From Candidatus Latescibacterota bacterium (lineage in GTDB: Bacteria; Latescibacterota; UBA2968; UBA8231), in contig OZ252098.1 in the NCBI GenBank assembly GCA_965248355.1, positions 256,001 through 320,000 on the forward strand: DNA of 64,000 nt, read 5' to 3'. Below are positions 37,617 through 46,618 of the stretch, piece by piece; position 1 is the stretch's first letter, and each line of letters opens with the position of its first letter. Made by a program: the position numbers and the translations under genes. The notes under the pieces were generated by a model. The model worked only from the letters and a program-made list of their open reading frames with translations, made no database searches and was not told the DNA's origin.

Positions 37617-40600
37617 TTACCGGTAGTAGCCCTTCACCCATCTCGTGTTGTAGTCGAGCACGTAGCGCACGTGCTCCGGCGTTGCGGGGTAGGTCTCGCC
37701 CGGGCCGTAGGGGTAGCGGGACATGCCGTGGAAGGGAAGGGGCTCGACGGTCAGGGAGTGGGCGGAGTGGAAGTCCATGTCCTTTCCGAATCCGTCGGCG
37801 TAGAACAGGAAGGTCCGCTCCCAGCCCTCGGGCACCGGCGGGAAGCCGCCGGCCTCGACCTCCAGTGTCAGCTCGTCGCCGTGGCGCAGGATGGCGAAGC
37901 GGTCGTCCACGGCGGCCACCAGCTCGGTCACCTCCCCGTGACGGGTGAAGGCGCCGGCGTGGGTACCCCAGGGGGCCTCGGTGCGCAGGCGGTCGTAGTG
38001 GTAGCGGAAGGCGAACGTGCCCCCGATCGACTCGTGGACGGGGTAGCCGCGCCAGTGCAGGTCGGCCCGGAACCGGCGCCGGTGGACGCTGCGCGGCGCC
38101 TGGGGCTCCGACCGCCCGAGGAGGAAGCGGTCCCAGTAGACGCAGGCGCGGGTGGTGATGCGCAGGCGCGCCCTCTCGGCATCGGCCGGGAAGAGGCCCT
38201 CCAGGTCGACGAGCATGGTCTTCGGCAGGCCGGCGGGGGTGCCCATGTCGGCGGTCACCAGGCGCCAGCCCTCGCCGTGGTCGGCTTCGAGCCGCGGCGG
38301 CGACAGGTCCAGCCCGCGTTGGGCCGCGGCCCAGTTGCTGCTGGAGTGGGCATAGTCGACCCATCCGTGGGCCAGCAGGACCGGGTGCGGCCATCCCCTC
38401 AGGTCGCCGAGGTCCAGGACCAGGGTGGACTCCCCGGCGTAGCCGTGGATGTCGCTGCGCGGGAATCCCTCGTACCAGATGTCGTCGACGTGGGCCAGCT
38501 CCGCGCTCACGTCGCGGCCCTCCCCGTCGCGGGCGTTGCGCAGAGCGCGGGTCTCCGCCAGGGCATGGGTGCGGAAGGGGGGGTAGGGAGGCGCCGACAG
38601 CAGGCGTTCCTCCGGCTCGATTCGCAGGTGGGCGGGATGGTCCACGGCGACCAGCTCCGCGGCGTCGAGGTAGACGATCTCCTCCAGCTGGTTGGCCACC
38701 TGGAGCACGTAGCGTCCGTCCCGCGCTTCCAGGTCGCGCAGGGGGAGATACTCGTCCGTGTCGGGCGTGTAGTATTGGCCCGGGCCGGTCAGGTAGCCGA
38801 TGATGGCACCGCCGAGGAAATCGGAGACGAAGCGGAAGCCGCCGCCGTCCCAGGCATAGAGGATGGGGCAGGAGGTGCCCTTGCGATCGAGCTCCGTCAG
38901 AGCCAGCCTCCGGCCGGCGGCGCTGGCCAGCTCGGTCTGGCGCACGCCGCTGGGCCAGAGGACGCTCACGAACTCCACCGAGTCGGCTCCGGCCAGGCCG
39001 AAGTGCAGGACCGGCGGGTCGGAGGGCCCGCCGCGCAGCTCCCGCTTCTGCTGTCCCCCCGCGGTGGCCACCACCACCTTGGCGCCGAAGCCGTCCGGAT
39101 TGCTGTTGCGCCCCGACAGGTCGACGGCGAGCCAGCCTCCGGCCTCGCTGTGGTTGCGCCACACCCGCCGGCCGGCGAGCACGTCGAGGCGGCCGTCGCC
39201 GTCGACGTCGAGAATGGCCCACGGGCCCGGTCCGAGAGCCGGCCCGGCCGGGCGGAAGTCGGGGCCGTCGTGGACGGCCGCCCGGGCGCCCTCCGGTCCC
39301 GTCCACAAGAGGTCGAGGTCGCCGTCGTTGTCGAAGTCGGCGGGCAGGGCCTGCCGGGCGCCGGACGGGGCGGCAACCGGGCTCGCCTCGAAGGTCCGGC
39401 CCCCGTTGGCGTGCAGGCGGGCGCCGCCGGCGGTCACGGTCAGGACGTCCATGCGTCCGTCCGGCACGAGGTCGGCCACGACGAGGCCGGTGACGCCGCC
39501 GGCCTCCAGGCCCCGCCGGCCGGCCACGTCGGTGAAGGTGCCGTCGCGGTTGTTGCTGTGAAGGGCCAGGGTCCGCCCGCCGGCGACGACGTCGACGTCG
39601 CGGTCGTCGTCGAGGTCGGACAGCACCACCGCCTCGATGCCGGGTCCCCCGAGGCGGGAGACTTCGGTGGCATCGGCGAAGGCTCCGGTGCCGTCGTTGG
39701 CCCACAGGGCCAGCCCGGGGCCGGCGGTGAGCAGATCGACGTCGCCGTCGTGATCGACGTCGCCGAACAGGGTGGTCCCCGGCGCCGGCGCCAGGGCGCC
39801 GCCGAGACGGAACCGCCCGCCTTCCTCCTGCAGCGCCAGGCGCAGGCCGTCGCCGGACCAGGCCGCGTCGGGGTCGCCGTCGTCGTCCACGTCGGCGAAG
39901 ACCAGGCCCCGAGGCGGCGGGGCGTCTTCGAAAGCCCAGGCCGCCCCCATCCGCAGTCCCGCGCCGGTGTTGGTCAGCAGCAGCGGCCCCCGGCCCGTTC
40001 CGGCCACCACATCCGCATCCCCGTCCCCGTCGGCGTCGACGGGGGTGAGGAAGAGCAACGGTCCCTCGGCGCCGGCCAGCTCCAGCTCCTCCTCCTCTTC
40101 GAAGCGCAGGTCCTGGCCGCGGTCGGCGCCGCCGCCGAACCCGCCTTCGGCGAGGGCCTCGGCGTACTGGCCCTGCCCCTGGTACGAGGAGGAGACGCCC
40201 TCCACGCCGGCCTGGCTCAACTGGTCGAACCGCTCCAGGGTCCGCCGCCAGGCCTCCAGGTCGCCCTGCTGCCTCAGCTCCTGGGCCAGGGCGTAGTGGG
40301 CGGACAGGTGGGTGGGGTTCAGGGCGATGGCGCGCTGGTAGGCGGCCACCGCGGAGTCGGCGTGCCCCACCTTGGCATGGGTCCGGCCGAGATAGTACCA
40401 GACGAGGGGATCCTCGCCGTCCCGGGCCGCGACCCTTCGGAAGCGCTCCAGGGCGGCGTCGTAGTCGCGTCCCTGGGCGTGATCGATCAGACCCAGGGTG
40501 TAGAGCGCGTGCAGGTGGCCGCCGTCGCGCTCGAGGGCTGCGTCCAGGGCCACGCGGGCGCTGTCGTACTTGCCCAGGCTGTAGAGGGCGATGCCGAGGT

Positions 40601-40817
40601 TGGCGCGGGCCGTGGGGTAGTGCGGGGCCAGCCTCGCCGCCTCTTCGAAGTGCTCGCGGCCCCGGACGTAGTTGTGCTGGTCCATGTAGACGACGCCCTG
40701 GTTGTTGTGCCAGCGCGCCTCCCCAGGCAATCCGCCTCCCGCCTCCGGGCCGCAGCCGAGCCCCGCGGTGAGGGCGATCCAGGCCGCGCCGGCGGCCTTG
40801 ACGCTCTTTTTTGCCAC
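37617..40817 (-). CDS. TPR + FG-GAP repeats + ASPIC/UnbV (CRTAC1-like) lipoprotein
   Basis: GLGC lipobox; TPRs; repeated DxDxDGDxD motifs; SNPDGFGAKV, LHFGL, VLWPSG; then SCPILYAWDG and a C-terminal domain. GAGGAGG RBS before GTG. Confidence 0.85.
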   Translation of the reverse strand: MAKKSVKAAGAAWIALTAGLGCGPEAGGGLPGEARWHNNQGVVYMDQHNYVRGREHFEEAARLAPHYPTARANLGIALYSLGKYDSARVALDAALERDGGHLHALYTLGLIDHAQGRDYDAALERFRRVAARDGEDPLVWYYLGRTHAKVGHADSAVAAYQRAIALNPTHLSAHYALAQELRQQGDLEAWRRTLERFDQLSQAGVEGVSSSYQGQGQYAEALAEGGFGGGADRGQDLRFEEEEELELAGAEGPLLFLTPVDADGDGDADVVAGTGRGPLLLTNTGAGLRMGAAWAFEDAPPPRGLVFADVDDDGDPDAAWSGDGLRLALQEEGGRFRLGGALAPAPGTTLFGDVDHDGDVDLLTAGPGLALWANDGTGAFADATEVSRLGGPGIEAVVLSDLDDDRDVDVVAGGRTLALHSNNRDGTFTDVAGRRGLEAGGVTGLVVADLVPDGRMDVLTVTAGGARLHANGGRTFEASPVAAPSGARQALPADFDNDGDLDLLWTGPEGARAAVHDGPDFRPAGPALGPGPWAILDVDGDGRLDVLAGRRVWRNHSEAGGWLAVDLSGRNSNPDGFGAKVVVATAGGQQKRELRGGPSDPPVLHFGLAGADSVEFVSVLWPSGVRQTELASAAGRRLALTELDRKGTSCPILYAWDGGGFRFVSDFLGGAIIGYLTGPGQYYTPDTDEYLPLRDLEARDGRYVLQVANQLEEIVYLDAAELVAVDHPAHLRIEPEERLLSAPPYPPFRTHALAETRALRNARDGEGRDVSAELAHVDDIWYEGFPRSDIHGYAGESTLVLDLGDLRGWPHPVLLAHGWVDYAHSSSNWAAAQRGLDLSPPRLEADHGEGWRLVTADMGTPAGLPKTMLVDLEGLFPADAERARLRITTRACVYWDRFLLGRSEPQAPRSVHRRRFRADLHWRGYPVHESIGGTFAFRYHYDRLRTEAPWGTHAGAFTRHGEVTELVAAVDDRFAILRHGDELTLEVEAGGFPPVPEGWERTFLFYADGFGKDMDFHSAHSLTVEPLPFHGMSRYPYGPGETYPATPEHVRYVLDYNTRWVKGYYR

Positions 40818-40827
40818 TCTCTATATT
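40798..40827 (+). promoter_or_regulatory. Sigma70-like promoter of tRNA-Gly
   Basis: TTGACG(40798)-N18-TATATT(40822), 13 nt upstream of the tRNA. Confidence 0.65.
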
Positions 40828-40840
40828 CCTCCTCCCGATC

Positions 40841-40916
40841 GCGGGAGTAGCTCAGTTGGTAGAGCCCCACGTTGCCAACGTGGTTGTCGCGAGTTCGAGT
40901 CTCGTCTCCCGCTCCA
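40841..40916 (+). tRNA. tRNA-Gly (GCC)
   Basis: Acceptor stem GCGGGAG/CTCCCGC, D arm GCTC/GAGC, anticodon stem CCACG/CGTGG with loop TTGCCAA, T loop TTCGAGT, encoded CCA. Confidence 0.97.
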
Positions 40917-40921
40917 CCGAA

Positions 40922-43345
40922 TCAGCGGCCCGCCGCCGGAGGCAGCCCAGCCTTCCCGCGGCGGGCCGTTTTTCTTTGCCCCTCGCGCAGCTGCAGCAGC
41001 GCCGGCAGCAGGGTGACGGCGGAGAGGAAGCAGGACCCCAGACCCAGTAGCGTGACCGTGCCGACCCAGTAGAGGGCCGGGTGATGGGCGGGCACGAGGC
41101 CGGCGAAGCCGACCATGGTCGTCAGCGTCGTGGCCAGCAGGACCGTCCCCGTGGTGCGCAGCACCAGGCGCATCGATCCGGGGCCGGCCTCGCGGTAGCG
41201 GTGGAACATGTGCACGGCGTTGTCGATCCCCATGCCGATGATCGTGGGGAAGGCGACCATGTTGTAGATGTTGACCTTGAAGTCGAAGATGTACATCAAC
41301 CCCGTGACCCAGGCCAGCGCCGTGAGCAGGGGCGTGAGGACGAGGAGGGTGCCGGTGAGACTGCGCAGATCGACCAGCAGCACGAGGGTCACGGCGATCA
41401 GGGTCACGATCACGGCCTTGACGGCGTCGTCGAGCATCAGTTCCAGCATCTCGGCGAAGATGATGTGGGCGCTCGAGGGGTGGAAGGTGCCGCCGTCCGG
41501 CGTGCGGATCTCCTTGATCTGGCGGGCGAAGGCGATGGCGTTGCGCCCGTCGCGCAGGGGCACGGCGGCGTTGATCTGCACGAAGCTGAGGATCTCGCCC
41601 TCCTTGCCGGAGAAGCTCTTGGTCATCTCCCCGGGCAGGTCCTCCAGCCGCAGCCGCGAGACGTCCAGGTAGAGGCGCAGCGAGTCGGCGCGGGCCCGGT
41701 CGTCGTCCTCGAGCAGGCCCTCGTTCTCCTCCAGGGTCCGCCGCAGGCCGGCGAGGATGGCCAGCTTCTCCTCCTGGTCCGCCGGCAGCAGGGAGTAGAC
41801 GCTGCGCACCGAGCGGATGGTGGAGCTGTCCCCGAGGGCCGAGCGCCGCCGCTCCACCTCGGCCACCACGGCCATGGCCTGCGCCTCGTTCTCGGTGAGG
41901 ACGATGGCAGGGGCCCGGGTCTCCTTCAGCTCGTCGGGGAGGCTCGCCTTCGGCCCCCCGGAGGAGGTGTCCGGCCGCAGCTTCTTGAAGTCGTACTCGA
42001 ACCGCAGGTCGGAGAGGTGCAGGACCGAGTAGGCCGTGGCCACGACGGCCAGGAGGAGGGTGAGGTGAGGGACGGGGTACCGGCCGCGGCGCAGCAGGTG
42101 GTCCGGCACCTCCCTCTGGCCCAGGCGGATCAGCCCCAGTCTCTCGGCCAGGACGATGAAGGCCGGGCTGATGACGACCATGGCCACCAGGGAGAACAGG
42201 ATCCCGGCGCCGACGATGAAGCCGAACTCGCTGAACCCCTTGAAGTCGGAGAACAGGAGGGAGAAGAACGCCACGGCCGTGGTCACCGCCGTCGTGGTCA
42301 GGGCCCTTCCCGTCTGGCAGACCGTCTCCACGAGGGCGGCTTCGGTCTCCAGCCCCCGGCGGCGGGCCTCGCGGAAGCGCGCGAAGATGTGGATCCCGAA
42401 ATCGATCCCCAGGCCGAAGAGGATGGCGAAGAGGCAGACCGTGATCTGGTTGAGATTGCCGATCACCAGCCAGGTGAGGGCGAAGGTCCACGACAGGCCC
42501 ATGAGCAGGGGGACGACGATGAACAGCGGCGACAGGACCTGGCGGAAGTAGAGGGAGATGAGCACGAGGACGCCGAGGAAGGCGTAGAGCGCCGTCGAGC
42601 GCAGGTCCTGCAGGATCACCTCGTACTGGTTGAAGGCGTTGTTGAAGCTCCCCGAGAAGGCGACCTCCAGACCGGGGTGGAAGCTCCGGGGGTCGATCTC
42701 CTCGATGGTCGACCGGATGCCCGCCAGCAGGCGCCGGCTGAAGGTCATGTCGGTGATGACCCCGGAGGGGTAGACCCGCAGGATGACGCCGTTGCCCTCC
42801 TTGGTCAGGTAGTAGTCGCGGTCGAGGCCGGTGCGCCGGTCGGCGTAGCGGGCCTCCAGATCGTCCAGGTCGAGGGGGTCCTCCTCCTCCTCGAGGCCGA
42901 CGTAGAGGGGCGATCGATGCAGCTTCTCCAGCTCGACCTTGTCCTCCACCCGGCGCTGCAGCTCCCGCAGGTCGGCCAGGTCCATGTAGAGGAGCCGGTT
43001 GCGGCCGAGGAACTCGGTCTGGGCCATGCGCCCGCGCACGACGGAGCTCAGCATGGGACTGCGCTCGAGGGAGTCGGCCAGGACGTGCACGAAATCAACG
43101 CAGGCCGCCAGATCCTCGCCGGTGACGATGACCATGAGCGGCGCGATGCCGCCGACGCGCTCCTTGATGCGGTTCAGCTCGCGGACGCTCACGTAGTCGT
43201 CCGGCAGGAGGTCGGCCGAGTCCGCCTTGATCTTCAGGCGGACGGCCAGGGAAGCGGCGAGGGCGGAGACCACCAGGGAGACGAGGATGATCCCCAGGTG
43301 GTGGTGGAAGACGTAGTGGACTATGCGCTCGTAGCTGATGCGCAT
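40922..43345 (-). CDS. MMPL-family RND transporter (HpnN-like architecture)
   Basis: Two repeats of TM + periplasmic domain + 5 TM; GLGIDFGIH and GMGIDNAVH motifs; F.GFSEFG. Confidence 0.9.
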   Translation of the reverse strand: MRISYERIVHYVFHHHLGIILVSLVVSALAASLAVRLKIKADSADLLPDDYVSVRELNRIKERVGGIAPLMVIVTGEDLAACVDFVHVLADSLERSPMLSSVVRGRMAQTEFLGRNRLLYMDLADLRELQRRVEDKVELEKLHRSPLYVGLEEEEDPLDLDDLEARYADRRTGLDRDYYLTKEGNGVILRVYPSGVITDMTFSRRLLAGIRSTIEEIDPRSFHPGLEVAFSGSFNNAFNQYEVILQDLRSTALYAFLGVLVLISLYFRQVLSPLFIVVPLLMGLSWTFALTWLVIGNLNQITVCLFAILFGLGIDFGIHIFARFREARRRGLETEAALVETVCQTGRALTTTAVTTAVAFFSLLFSDFKGFSEFGFIVGAGILFSLVAMVVISPAFIVLAERLGLIRLGQREVPDHLLRRGRYPVPHLTLLLAVVATAYSVLHLSDLRFEYDFKKLRPDTSSGGPKASLPDELKETRAPAIVLTENEAQAMAVVAEVERRRSALGDSSTIRSVRSVYSLLPADQEEKLAILAGLRRTLEENEGLLEDDDRARADSLRLYLDVSRLRLEDLPGEMTKSFSGKEGEILSFVQINAAVPLRDGRNAIAFARQIKEIRTPDGGTFHPSSAHIIFAEMLELMLDDAVKAVIVTLIAVTLVLLVDLRSLTGTLLVLTPLLTALAWVTGLMYIFDFKVNIYNMVAFPTIIGMGIDNAVHMFHRYREAGPGSMRLVLRTTGTVLLATTLTTMVGFAGLVPAHHPALYWVGTVTLLGLGSCFLSAVTLLPALLQLREGQRKTARRGKAGLPPAAGR
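40926..40977 (+). terminator. Intrinsic terminator after tRNA-Gly
   Basis: Perfect 11-bp stem CGGCCCGCCGC / GCGGCGGGCCG followed by TTTTTCTTT. Confidence 0.8.
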
Positions 43346-43366
43346 GCGGCGCCCGGCGGCCCCGGC

Positions 43367-43984
43367 TCAGCCCTGCCCTTCGAGCCGGTCCAGCTTCCGG
43401 CGCAGGGCGTCGAGGAGCTCGGGGTACGAGCGGCGGCCGATGTAGCGGGTGTAGCTGCGGCGGTTGGCCTCCGCCGTGCCGGCGCCGTCCACGGCGAGAT
43501 CGTAGATGCGCCAGGCGCCCTCGCCGCCGGCCGGCCCCGGCCGGTGGAGGAAGTAGGCGATCTGCTTGGTCTCCTGTTTCAGCGGCACCTCGGCGCGCAC
43601 CACCGCCCGGCCCTCCTCGTCGAGCTCCTCGGAGGTGTAGGTGATCCGGCCCTCCCGGTGGTAGCGCACGAAGAGGTCGAAGTTCTGCCTCTCGATGATG
43701 CCGCGGAAGATCCCCACGAACTCGTCGCGCTCCTCGCCGGTGCGTTCCTGCCAGTGGTCTCCCAGGGACAGGCGCGCCAGCTCCCGGAAGTCGAAGGCCT
43801 CGTTGATCAGGGCCTGCACCCGGCTCCGGTTCTCGCTGGACAGGCTGTCCGGGTGGGCGAGCACGATCGCGCGCACGCGCTCGTCGTGGTCCTGGAGGAA
43901 GTCGGTGGCCGTGCCGGCGGGCGCCGACTCGGCGAGCAGGCCGAGGGGGAGCTGGCCGATGAGCAGGCAGAGGGCGGTCTTCAT
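43367..43984 (-). CDS. MlaC/Ttg2D (HpnM-like) periplasmic lipid-shuttle protein
   Basis: Signal peptide; FDFRELARLSLGDHW...ERDEFV..F; WRIYDLAVDG....NRRSY. Confidence 0.85.
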   Translation of the reverse strand: MKTALCLLIGQLPLGLLAESAPAGTATDFLQDHDERVRAIVLAHPDSLSSENRSRVQALINEAFDFRELARLSLGDHWQERTGEERDEFVGIFRGIIERQNFDLFVRYHREGRITYTSEELDEEGRAVVRAEVPLKQETKQIAYFLHRPGPAGGEGAWRIYDLAVDGAGTAEANRRSYTRYIGRRSYPELLDALRRKLDRLEGQG

Positions 43985-45255
43985 GGCGTGATCCCCTGGG
44001 AGGTGGAGCCGGTGAGGATGCCGGGCTCCCGGAAGCCGCCGCAGTGGTCGACGACGCGGCCCTGCTCCCAGGCCTCGCGCGTCCAGGCGCGCAGGTCGGC
44101 GTAGCAGGCCTCGGCGCGGGTCCCGGTGTTGTTGGCGTCGGTCAGCAGGCCGAGCCCCTGGGTCCGGTTCTTCGGGCGGCCGCCGTAGGTGCGCTCGTAG
44201 TCGCGCTCGAGGTCGACGGCCTCGAAGGTCCACCGGCCCAGGTTCTCCTCACCGCTCTCGGCGACGATGAACCAGGGGCGGAAGATGCGGTTTCGCCGCC
44301 CCACGGTACCGAGGGGCAGGGTGGTGCTCCACACGTACTTGACGTGCCGGGGGGCGCCCAGCCAGGTCTGCGAGAAGAACACGTACAGGCCCGCGGCGCT
44401 GTCGTTCGCGGGCCCCAAGCGCTCGTCGCCGCCGGTTGGCAGCACGTCGGCCCGCCAGCACCACGTCAGGATCGGAAACTCCCGCGGGTTCCACTGGGCG
44501 AGGCGTCCGATGAGGACCGAGGCCTCCGAGACCCGGGCCTCGAGGAAGGATCCCCGGTCGTGCCGGCGCACCTGGTAGGGCTTGGCCGCTTCCTCGTCGC
44601 GGTCCCGCCAGCCCCAGCCCGGAGGCAGGTCGCCCGGCTCCGAGAAGGAGAAGTCCTCGAGGACGATGTACTCGCGGCCGGCGAGCCGGGCCTCGAGGAC
44701 GGCGGGGGAGTCGCGGCGGTCCAGGACGTCCTCGTACCGCCCCCGGTAGATCCGGCTCAGGCGGCGGTCCTGGAGGCGCAGGTCCCGCAGGCGCCAGCCG
44801 TCCTCGGTGCGCCGCAGGTGGCAGAGGATCGGCCCTCCCCCCGGGAGAGCCACCTCGGCGCGGCCGCTGCCGCCGTCGAAGTGGGAGGCCAGGACCTCCA
44901 GGCCCGGTGGCCCGCCGGACAGCCGGGGCGCCAGATCGGCGGCCAGCCGCTGCCGCAACGCCGTCCGGAGGCGCGCGCGGTGCGCCTCGACATGGGCCCG
45001 GAACCCGGCGCGGGTCATGTGGTCCTCGACCTCGGCCAGGCTGTCCTCCACGTAGTCGCCGAAGCAGAGCTCGGCGAAGGCGGGCAGGTCGACGGCGCGG
45101 TCGACGAAGGCGGCCGCCGTCACCTCGGGGGAGCCCCGGCGCCCCGCGTTGAGGCGGTCCACCTCGGCCGCCAGCCACGCCTCGGGCCCGGCCGCCTCGG
45201 CGGCGGCGGCACCGGCCAGCCAGACCAGGCCCGCGGCGATTCCCCGGGCCTTCAA
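43981..45255 (-). CDS. MlaC-like domain fused to DUF3047
   Basis: N-half VDLPAFAELCFG...GWRLRDL (MlaC-like). C-half P.LTW.WR, D.AA.LYV.F, YVWS, GRW....DL..DY, TDANNT (DUF3047). TTG start overlaps the TolC stop. Confidence 0.75.
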   Translation of the reverse strand: MKARGIAAGLVWLAGAAAAEAAGPEAWLAAEVDRLNAGRRGSPEVTAAAFVDRAVDLPAFAELCFGDYVEDSLAEVEDHMTRAGFRAHVEAHRARLRTALRQRLAADLAPRLSGGPPGLEVLASHFDGGSGRAEVALPGGGPILCHLRRTEDGWRLRDLRLQDRRLSRIYRGRYEDVLDRRDSPAVLEARLAGREYIVLEDFSFSEPGDLPPGWGWRDRDEEAAKPYQVRRHDRGSFLEARVSEASVLIGRLAQWNPREFPILTWCWRADVLPTGGDERLGPANDSAAGLYVFFSQTWLGAPRHVKYVWSTTLPLGTVGRRNRIFRPWFIVAESGEENLGRWTFEAVDLERDYERTYGGRPKNRTQGLGLLTDANNTGTRAEACYADLRAWTREAWEQGRVVDHCGGFREPGILTGSTSQGITP

Positions 45256-46616
45256 TCCGGGTTCTCCGGGCGGAGAGAGGTGCCCGCCACGCGCTCGAGC
45301 GCGGCCAGCGTGAGGTTGGTCTCGTACACGGCTTCGAGGTAGGCCTGCTCGGAGAGGGCAAAGGTCTCGAAGGCGCTCACCAGATCCTTGATCCGGGCCG
45401 GATCGAGATCGTACTCGTCGCGGGCGATGCGCAGCCATTCCCGCGTCAGATTGCGGCCGCGCAGGGCCGAGCTCAGCCCCCGGCGGGCGCCTTCGTACTC
45501 CTTCCGGGCCTGATCGATCTCCAGGCGGATGCCCTGGGCGCCGCTGCGCTCCCGGGCCTCGAGCTGGAGGCGCCGCGCCCGGGCCCGGTCCACCTCGGCG
45601 CCGATCAGTCCGATCTCGAAGGACTGGCGCAGCCCCAGCACGATGGCTCCGCTGAACAGGTTGAACTCGTCCTTGACGAAGGGGTTGTGCTGATCCGTCC
45701 GTCCCGGCGCCGCGGCGTGGCGCAGGCCCCCGGCGAGGAAGACCTGGGGATACCAGGCGCTGCGCGCGGCCTGCTCCTGGGCGCGGCGGGCGGCCACGCC
45801 GGCGCGCAGACGGCGCCAGTCCGGCCGGTGCCGCAGCGCCCGGCGCACCAGTTCCTCGAGGGGGGGGACCTCGGCGGCCTTCGGTTCGAGCCGGGCGTCG
45901 GCCAGCTCGAAGGGCGCGTTCTCCGGGAGTCCGGCCTTCCAGGCCAGGGCGGACCGGGCGAGCTGGAGCTGGTCCTCGAGCTGGCCTTCGCGGTCCCGGA
46001 GCTCCAGCAGGGCCAGCTGCAGGCGGTAGGGGACGCCCAGGGGGATGTCGGGGTCATCGGGGTCCACCTCCCCTTCCCGCTCCTCGAGCTCCTGCCGCAG
46101 ACGCCGGGCGAGGGACGACAGGTCCCGGGCCAGGAGCATCCCGTAGTAGAGCTCCCTGATCTCGAATACGAGCCCCTGGCGCGTCTCCTCGAGGGCGGCC
46201 CTCTCGACCTCGACAGCCTGCTCGGCCGCGGTCCGCAGGCTGGAGAGCCGGCCGAAGGTGTACAGGGGCTGGGTGAACTCGAGCTCGGTGCGCACGAAGG
46301 GGCCCAGGGGGCGCACGCCGGAGGTGTCTTCCGGAGGATGGAAGATGTCCCCCCGGGCGTCCGGCACCATGCCGCCGAAGCTCTCGAGCCGGAGGCGTGG
46401 CAGCAGGCGGGCGGCGCGGGCCTGGCGCAGCTGGGCGCGGGCGTCCTGCAGGCGCCAGCGGGTCGTGGCCACCTCGGGGCCGTTCTCCCGGGCCATGGCC
46501 ACCAGCTGGTCGAGGCCATAGACGGGGATGCCTTCCGACCCGGCGGTCCGGGGGCGGGCCGGCTGCGGAAGCAGGAAGAGGCTGCCCACGACGGCCAGGC
46601 ACAGGGTCCGCGTCAT
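45252..46616 (-). CDS. TolC-family outer-membrane efflux protein
   Basis: Signal peptide; two OEP repeats (LLPRL...QPLYTFGR; RPDW...SAWYPQV); C-terminal LAALERVAG. Confidence 0.88.
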   Translation of the reverse strand: MTRTLCLAVVGSLFLLPQPARPRTAGSEGIPVYGLDQLVAMARENGPEVATTRWRLQDARAQLRQARAARLLPRLRLESFGGMVPDARGDIFHPPEDTSGVRPLGPFVRTELEFTQPLYTFGRLSSLRTAAEQAVEVERAALEETRQGLVFEIRELYYGMLLARDLSSLARRLRQELEEREGEVDPDDPDIPLGVPYRLQLALLELRDREGQLEDQLQLARSALAWKAGLPENAPFELADARLEPKAAEVPPLEELVRRALRHRPDWRRLRAGVAARRAQEQAARSAWYPQVFLAGGLRHAAAPGRTDQHNPFVKDEFNLFSGAIVLGLRQSFEIGLIGAEVDRARARRLQLEARERSGAQGIRLEIDQARKEYEGARRGLSSALRGRNLTREWLRIARDEYDLDPARIKDLVSAFETFALSEQAYLEAVYETNLTLAALERVAGTSLRPENPD

Positions 46617-46618
46617 GC

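Noticed and set aside
40841-40916. tRNA-Gly as an integration site for an island
   Set aside because: No integrase nearby, no duplicated tRNA 3' end noticed, and flanking genes have host-like composition.
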